DNA of 64,000 nucleotides from Felis catus (taxonomy: Eukaryota): assembly GCF_018350175.1 (NCBI RefSeq), contig NC_058382.1, positions 58,034,001 to 58,098,000 on the forward strand, in the 5' to 3' direction. Positions 57,670 through 64,000 of the stretch are shown one piece after another (position 1 is the first letter of the stretch; every line of letters begins with the position of its first letter). The notes beneath the pieces were generated by a model. That model was not told where the DNA came from and did not search any database. It saw only the letters and a program-made list of their open reading frames with translations. The position numbers were made by a program, and so were the translations under genes.

Positions 57670-57980
57670 GTGCAGGCTACAACACGGATGAGCCCGGGAC
57701 GCGTTGCCGAGCGAAGGGGCCACACGCCGGAGGGTGGCATATGAATGGCAAACGTCAGAACAGGCAAATCTGCGGAGACAGAAAGGTGACCGTGGCCGCC
57801 AGGGCTGGGGAGGGATGACAGGTGACTGTCAGCGGGTCGGGCCGCCGTTTGGGGTGACGAGAATGTTCTGAGATGGATTCTGGCGGTGGTTGTGCGGCTC
57901 TGAGTGTGTTAGAAGCCCCTGAATTGTATGCTTTAAGTGGGTGAACCGTGTAGTTACGTGAATAGCTCAGTAAGACGGTT
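57670..57980 (+). mobile_element. L1MB-like 3' end
   Basis: GCTACAACACGGATGA, CAGAACAGGCAAATCTGCGGAGACAGAAAG, TTTGGGGTGACGAGAATGTTCTG, TGAATTGTATGCTTTAA. Confidence 0.85.
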
Positions 57981-58186
57981 TTTAAATTTTTTTAATGTTT
58001 ATTTATGTTTGAGAGAGAGTGTGTGCGCAGGGGAGAGGCAGAGAGAGGAGGAGACAGAATCTGAAGCAGGCTCCAGGCTCCGAGCTGTCAGCACAGAGCC
58101 CAACGCGGGGCTTGAACCCATAGACCGTGAGATCATGACCTGAGCCAAAGTAGGACGTTCAACCGACTAAGCCACCCGGGCGCCCC
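57981..58186 (-). mobile_element. CanSINE inserted antisense at the L1 tail
   Basis: TTTTTTAATGTTTATTTAT...GCAGGCTCCAGGCTCCGAGCTGTCAGCACAGAGCCC...GCCACCCGGGCGCCCC. Confidence 0.95.
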
Positions 58187-58744
58187 ACAATGAGATTATT
58201 TTTTAAAACAATCCCCCCCCTTCCCGACTGCTCCGAGATACTGCTGATTTCCAGGGCCCCCAGGCAGGGAACAGGGTATGCCCCAGGCCCCGTGCTAACA
58301 GTCCTTTAAATGGAGACAGGCCCTGGGGTTGGCACTCTTGGCTGTGTAGAGAGGGCACTGTGAACGTGTGGGTTCAGATGCTTTTGTTTAGTCGAGAATT
58401 GTCATCCGTTCGGCTTTGGAACCTGAGGAAAGGGGACTTCACCTCCGCTCGATGGTCTGGCTGGAACCTTGGCCTCCACCTAACGTGAGCCAACACGAGA
58501 TAATCCGTATTCACAGGACCACACGTACCCGGCAGCCTTGTCCGTCCGTTAATACTGACTGGGCCCCGCCAGGAGTCATGGGCAGCTGCTGCTGAGCACG
58601 GAGAAAGGGGGTGAAATCCTTTTACCTCCCGGAGGAGCTAGCCCAGAGGGGGGACTGGCCTCCGGGCCCCTCGTGCTTCTGGTACCCCGTGGTGCCAAGG
58701 AACATTTCTGTCTGGGCCGGGCACTGTTCGAGAGCTTGACATGT

Positions 58745-58937
58745 TGTATCAGTTAGTTATCCACAGCTGCCGCGTAACAAGTTTTAGCAGCTTTTAGCAA
58801 CGCATTTATCGTAACACGATGCGGCCGGGTCCTGCGCTCGGGGCCTCACGGGCTGCCAGTGGAGGCGACGGCCGGCCGCGTGCTCATCCGGAGACTCAAC
58901 GGGTTCACTCAGGCTGTTGGCAGAATTCATTTTCCTG
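58745..58937 (-). mobile_element. MLT1E/F-like LTR fragment
   Basis: TGTATCAGTTAGTTAT...GCTGCCGCGTAACAA...CACTCAGGCTGTTGGCAGAATTCATTTTCCT. Confidence 0.7.
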
Positions 58938-58948
58938 GGGGACACTGG

Positions 58949-59135
58949 GCTGCTACGAGTTCCCATGTACAAGTGTTTGCGTGAACGTGGGTGTGGGGTT
59001 CTCTTGGATACCTACCCGGGAGAGGAGCCGCTGGGTCACGTGCTAACGCTCCGTGTGACCTCGGGAGGAGCTGCCGGCCCAGTCTCCAAAGCAGCTGCCC
59101 CATTTTACAACCCTACCAGCAGCATCTGAAGGTTC
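58949..59135 (-). mobile_element. L1M ORF2-end fragment
   Basis: ATGTACAAGT, TTCTCTTGGATACCTACC, GCTGGGTCA, CCATTTTACAACCCTACCAGCAG. Confidence 0.82.
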
Positions 59136-60304
59136 ACACGGTGTTGTAACATGTTTCGGACTAGTTGCCAACGCTTAATAATCATGAGAGCGCGGCTCTT
59201 AAAAGTGGATTCACAGCCTCCTCTCGAAGAATCAGACCTGGCAAGATGGAGCTCTGTCCCCTCCATGTGATGCGCGTGGCCCCGAGACCGTTGCCATCCC
59301 CCTCCATTCTCAGCTACCCAGTACCTTGTTCACACGTCACTCTCCTGGTCCCTCAGGGATGAGTTCGAATGTCTCATCCCTCCCCTCCCCCCCCCCCCTT
59401 CAAAGCCTGCTCCCTTTGAAGGCTTAGTTCAAACTCCACCTGCTCCAGGAAGCCTGCCTGGATTTCCCCAGCCCCCGGGAGGGCTTCTAGGTCCCGCAGT
59501 GCTTGTCGTCCGCACCCCTCTTGCCCAGTCAAAGCCTCTTTTGCCGCCTGTCCGTCTCTGCTGAAAAGCCATGTCCCCCAGTTGGTGTGTAACAGCTGAA
59601 TCTTCTCCCAACTGCTTGGGTTCACATCCTGATATCTCCAGTTACAGGTAGGAGCCCAGGTCACTTTGTCTCTTCATGCCTCTGTGTCGTGGTTTGTGAC
59701 AGGGCTTTTGGGAGGATTAAGCGTGACACATAGGTGCTCAGTAAGTGGGGTCCCCCTGCCCACAGCTCCCCCTTCTGGGAGCCACCCCTGCCCTCCAGGG
59801 GCAGCCCCGGGCTGCCTTCCCCCAGCAGGACCCTGGTCCCCAGTCTCCAGGAGGAGAAGCAGGAGGGGGACCTCTCCCCTCTCTCCCTTCCACCAGCCCG
59901 TGGGCAGGGGTCAGAGCCAGGGCCCCCCACCGCCCTCCTCCACTGCCCGCCAGCCCACCCCGGGGGGCTTTCAAGAACGCGGCCCGGTTTGGCCAGGTGC
60001 CACCCCCGTGGAGAGTCCCCAGGCTGGCTGGACAAGCCATCCTGCGACTAACGGTGGCCCCAGCAGCCTGCGCCTGGCAGAGTTCCCCCAGAGGATGAGG
60101 ACAGGACTGTAAGAGCAGCTAAAACCCGACAAGACGGGGTACGGGTGCGGCTCCGGGGTCCCTGCTGCGCTGATGGGCCTCCGGGCCCTGAGCGAGCGAG
60201 CCAGCGAAGGAAGTGTGCTGGGCTGGGGTGCCGCCTCCTCCTGGCTCCAGCCTAAGCCGCCAGCACGCCCGTGGGATTTGCGGGGGCTGTGGTCTGGGCC
60301 GTGT

Positions 60305-60480
60305 CACCATATGGATCCCATAAATTAAAGCATGCCCGGAAACAAACGGTAAACGTATCGCCGCTTGCAGGGAGGGCTGGCGGGGCCCCGGCTCGCCCGG
60401 GGGATTCTGGGCCATCCATCTCTCTTAGGGCACTTTGGTTTCGTGGCATTAATCCCTAACTGGATCAACAAGGAGTTGTT
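60305..60480. promoter_or_regulatory. Candidate enhancer
   Basis: CCATAAATTAA 60318, CCGGAAA, GTAAAC, ATTAATCC. Confidence 0.4.
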
Positions 60481-60717
60481 TTCCGACAGCCATACCGGCC
60501 CTGGGGCTCAGAGGCGGGAAGTGGGGGGTCGCCAGTGGCAGGGACTGGCCCCCAGGCACTCGGGGCAGGGCCTGGCTCCCCCAGGTTGGAGGTGTTGAAG
60601 TCCCGTGGGTTGGGTCGGCCCCGCCTGCGAGTCTAGCGGCTCTGAGGCCTCAGGCTCCTTCGCGCCCCTCTCTGAGCCTCGGTTTCCCCAGATGTGGGAG
60701 AGGGTGAGGCAACCCGC

Positions 60718-60925
60718 ATAGTCAGGGTCAGAGAGACAGAAAGCGGGATGGTGGGTGTCGGGGGGTCTGGAGACTTAGAGCACACCAGGTACAAAGTGTC
60801 TGTTTGGGCGAGAACGTTCTGGAAATGGGTGGAGGTGACTGTTGCCCGTGGTGAGCAGTACACTTAGAAATGGTCAAGATGGTAAATTTTATGTGAGATG
60901 TATTTTACCACAGGGAAAAAAAAAG
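60718..60925 (+). mobile_element. L1MB-like 3' end
   Basis: GAGACAGAAAG, GTTCTGGAAATGG, GTACACTTAGAAATGGTCAAGATGGTAAATTTTATG, TATTTTACCAC, A tail. Confidence 0.88.
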
Positions 60926-60927
60926 AC

Positions 60928-61128
60928 AGGACGCCTGGGTGGCTCAGTGGTTAAGCGTCCACCTCTTGATTTCTGCTCAGGTCGCGATCTCACCGTTCGT
61001 GAGTTCGAGTCCCTCATCGGGCTCTGTGCTGACAGCTCAGAGTCTGCTTGGGATTCTTTCTCTCTCTCTTTGCCCCTCCCCCGCGTACGCGTTTTCTCTC
61101 TCTCGAATAAATAAACTTAAAAAAAAAA
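60928..61128 (+). mobile_element. CanSINE, first of a head-to-tail pair
   Basis: GGACGCCTGGGTGGCTCAGTGGTTAAGCGTCC head, AATAAATAAAC, poly-A. Confidence 0.95.
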
Positions 61129-61135
61129 GAAAACA

Positions 61136-61336
61136 AGGGACGCCTGGGTGGCTCCGTCGGTTGAGCGTCTGACTTCGGCTCAGGTCATGCTCTCGCGGTC
61201 CGTGAGTTCAAGCCCCGCGTTGGGCTCTGTGCCGACAGCTCAGAGCCTGGAGCCTGCCTCGGGTTCTGGGTCTCCCTCTCTCTCTGCCCCTCCCCTGCTC
61301 ATGCTCTCTCTCTGTCTCAAAAATAAATTAAAAAAA
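61136..61336 (+). mobile_element. CanSINE, second of a head-to-tail pair
   Basis: GGGACGCCTGGGTGGCTCCGTCGGTTGAGCG head, (CT) tract, AAAAATAAATTAAAAAAA. Confidence 0.95.
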
Positions 61337-61737
61337 TTTTTGAGAACGAAGACACAGGGGTGGGGGATGGGCTGACCCCCTGCAGAGCGGACTGAAGGTT
61401 AGCTAAGTTAATTGTTACGGTTATAATTAACTAGCACGTAGTTATTGCCAACTCCTGGCAGGAGCTGAGGGGGCTCAGGGAGCAACGGGGCCAGCGGATG
61501 CGACCCCAGTACCCAGCGGCCAGCCCGGTGGCCTTGGGCAGGGTTCACTGGGCAATGTTCCCGCTGGTTTTGCTGGGGACCGGCCCTGTGCCGCCCTGAG
61601 CCAGCCCAGCTGAGTCCTTGGTGGCCAAGCCGGGCCATCGCGGGGGCGGGGGCAAGAGTGGCGTCCGGGGGCCCACCCACTGGGCACCTCTGGGCAACTG
61701 TGCCCAAGACTCACCATGTCCCCTCCTGTCCTTCCAG

Positions 61738-61918
61738 GTCACCTCTGCATCTCTGGAGGCGTCGACAGCCGTCCACCCCCCAGCCAGGGAGCCTGAGCCC
61801 CGGCCAGGCGCCCCAGCAGAGAGCACGCCCAGAGGCCCCAGGACAGCCCAGGAGCCGGGGCCCGCCCGCTGTCAGCAGAGCGGCTTGGACGGGGCCGGAG
61901 CAGACCCCGCAGGCGCAG
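61738..61918 (+). CDS. GSE1: Internal coding exon, 181 nt, phase 0 to 1; probable exon 2 of the long GSE1 isoform (VTSASLEASTAVHPPAREPEPRPGAPAESTPRGPRTAQEPGPARCQQSGLDGAGADPAGA/G)
   Basis: Seen: branch-point-like CTCAC (A at 61713), acceptor CCCTCCTGTCCTTCCAG, open frame, donor CAG/GTAGAC (weak). Recalled, not looked up: the human long GSE1 transcript has a 181-nt second exon after a very long GC-rich phase-0 intron. Confidence 0.6.
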
Positions 61919-64000
61919 GTAGACGCGGGCTCTTTTCCGTCCCCGGGTGCCGGCGCGGCTCATGCCGTCCCCGGCAGGGAGGGCGGCTCCCAACACGGAG
62001 CTCGGGCACAGACCTCCGCCCCGCGGTCTCCGCATGGCTCCGGTCTCCCTTAAGTCGCGTTGGGATTTTCTCGTTCACGCTCCTCGCATGGTGGTTTGAT
62101 CAGAATCCCTTGCTTCCTGACTCTCTCATCCTGGATATTCACAGACGGCCCCTGTTTGTTGTATTTATTATCCGGGATGCCACGGTACTCACCCGTTCGT
62201 CTTTAAACGACCCCAATGGGGCGCCAGCACCCACCGCCCACCCGCCAAGACACGCCCTCCGCCTGGACGGGCCCCGCCCCCAGGGGACCACCCGCGTGCG
62301 CGTCTCTAACCGCACACCTGTGTTTGCCCAAACCATGATGACGGTTTCCTGGCGGTTTGGGCCGCCTCTCGGCCGGCTGCCCTCCCCAGACTCCGCGGGT
62401 CTCTCTGTGTGGTCGCCGCCCTGTGCTGCTCCTGCGTCCTCCGCGCGACCCCGTGTGCGCCCTCTCTCCGCCAGTGGTGCAGGGACGGTTTCTGGGCTTT
62501 CCCGTCGTGGATGCGCAGGCGCCCGGGCCCGGCACACATCTGTCTCCCGAGTTAGCCTCAGCTGGGCCAGGGGGAACCAGGGCGCGTGGCTGGGGGAGGA
62601 CGCTGCCCACCGATCCCGTTGTGTCCGTCTCGCTCCCACCGCACCAGCCGCGGAGACCCCGCCTGCTCGCCCATCTCGGCCCTTTCCCTGACGACTGTCC
62701 CTCCTTGGGTGATGGGCCTGTGAGTGTAGAGTCCGGAGGGCTGCGCTGCGGGGCCTGCGGGACCCGGGCCGGGGGCAGTGAGTGGATCCCAGGCAGGCCG
62801 TTTGGCTGGATGTGGGGGTGTGTGGGCGCCTGCGTTCTTATCCGGGGAGGGTCCTAAGAGCAGGTCCTGAGGCCGTATTTCTGTCCGCAAGAGCCCTCCG
62901 AGGGGGTCCCTGTATGTGTCCCGCCTGTCACTGCCCAGAGAGGACTGAATCCTGAGACCCGTGCCAGCCCCCAGTGTGAGCCCACGCTGAAAGCGCTTGT
63001 TAGCAGGCCAGGGCGGGAGGAGACGGGCTGGTGGATGTGCGGAGTGCGTGGTGGGGACATCCGCCTCCAGGACAACCCCAGTGCCCACCCCTTTCTCTCC
63101 GTGATGTGCTCTGGGCAAGGGGCACAGCCCGATGACCAGGGGCACACGGGCCGCGCAGCCCTCTGAGGGATTCCCAGACCCTGGCAGAGGGGCACGCGGG
63201 CGGTGGGCGGGGCACGCAGCTGGTGGGCGGGGTGCCACGGGGAGCCACGCCCCCTGGCTCAGAGCGCTCAGAGCCCTGGACCAGTGTCTTCTGCTCCGTG
63301 CCTGTTCTTCCTCATCCGAGAGATGGGAACGAAGGCTAATTGGGGGAGGCGGGGGAGGCTGGCTTACAAGGGCAGACGTGGGTATCCACTGGGACGGAAG
63401 AGCGTTCAGTGCAGGTCTGGCCCCGAGTGCTGGCACGCGTGGGCTGGTGTCAGCGCCCCGGTCACCTGCCGCGCCTCTTCCAGGCGGCGTGGAGCATCCT
63501 GGAGGCTGCTTCCCCGCCCTGCCCCCTCCACCCAATCCCGCCTCGGTTCTGGGTAATATCCGGCAAAACTTGACCCTTGGGGACTCTCCCCTCCCCCCGC
63601 GGGCACACACAGGGCCAGACCCGGGCCTTGGGCTGCATGGGGTAGGGCAGGGGCCCAAGGCCCCCGTCTGCCAGCTGCTCCTGTCAGGCTGCAGCCCTGC
63701 CCGGAAGGGGGTGGGCAGCTTCACAGCCAGAGACCTGCCAGGAGCGCAGTCCTGGAGCAGGCCCCTCCCCGGGAGGCCGCTGAGGCTGCTCAGAAACGTG
63801 ACAGTGACTAATGGTTTATTACGCACCTGCCACCTCTCATCGGGCGCGCAGGCACAGCCCCCGGGTCCAGCTGTGCACTGCCAGCTGGATGGCGGGCAGG
63901 CACCGGGGGTGAGCGCGTGCAGACACCTGGATACGGGAGCAGGGACGCACAGGAGCGGACCCAGACCCAGCAACTACGGCGCACACAAGGGGCCGCACGC

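Noticed and set aside
61618..62691. 357-aa ORF as a single-exon gene
   Set aside because: Only 61738-61918 has splice signals; the rest reads as intronic GC-rich sequence
62558..63973. 471-aa minus-strand ORF
   Set aside because: Composition is dominated by Pro/Gly/Arg/Ala with no recognisable domain, as expected from stop-poor GC-rich DNA; no convincing splice or start context

Overview
Very GC- and CpG-rich mammalian genomic DNA from a carnivore, almost certainly a felid (several CanSINEs are of the SINEC_Fc type). The window is essentially non-coding. It holds about 14 CanSINEs, many MIR, L2 and L1M relics, MLT1 solo LTRs, hAT MITEs (MER5, MER33, MER58B), a G-rich ~40-bp minisatellite, Z-DNA-type microsatellites, a (GATG)n array and a polypyrimidine tract. 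AT-rich, motif-dense islands between the repeats look like conserved developmental enhancers, and there are three exact CTCF core motifs plus one near match. One credible coding exon lies at 61738-61918 (+, 181 nt, phase 0/1). From memory, not from a search, its size and phase fit exon 2 of the long GSE1 isoform, which would make most of the window GSE1 intron 1. None of the long six-frame ORFs looks like a real gene. I found no CRISPR, RNA gene or prokaryote-type system. Repeat family names come from recalled consensus sequences, and repeat boundaries are approximate.
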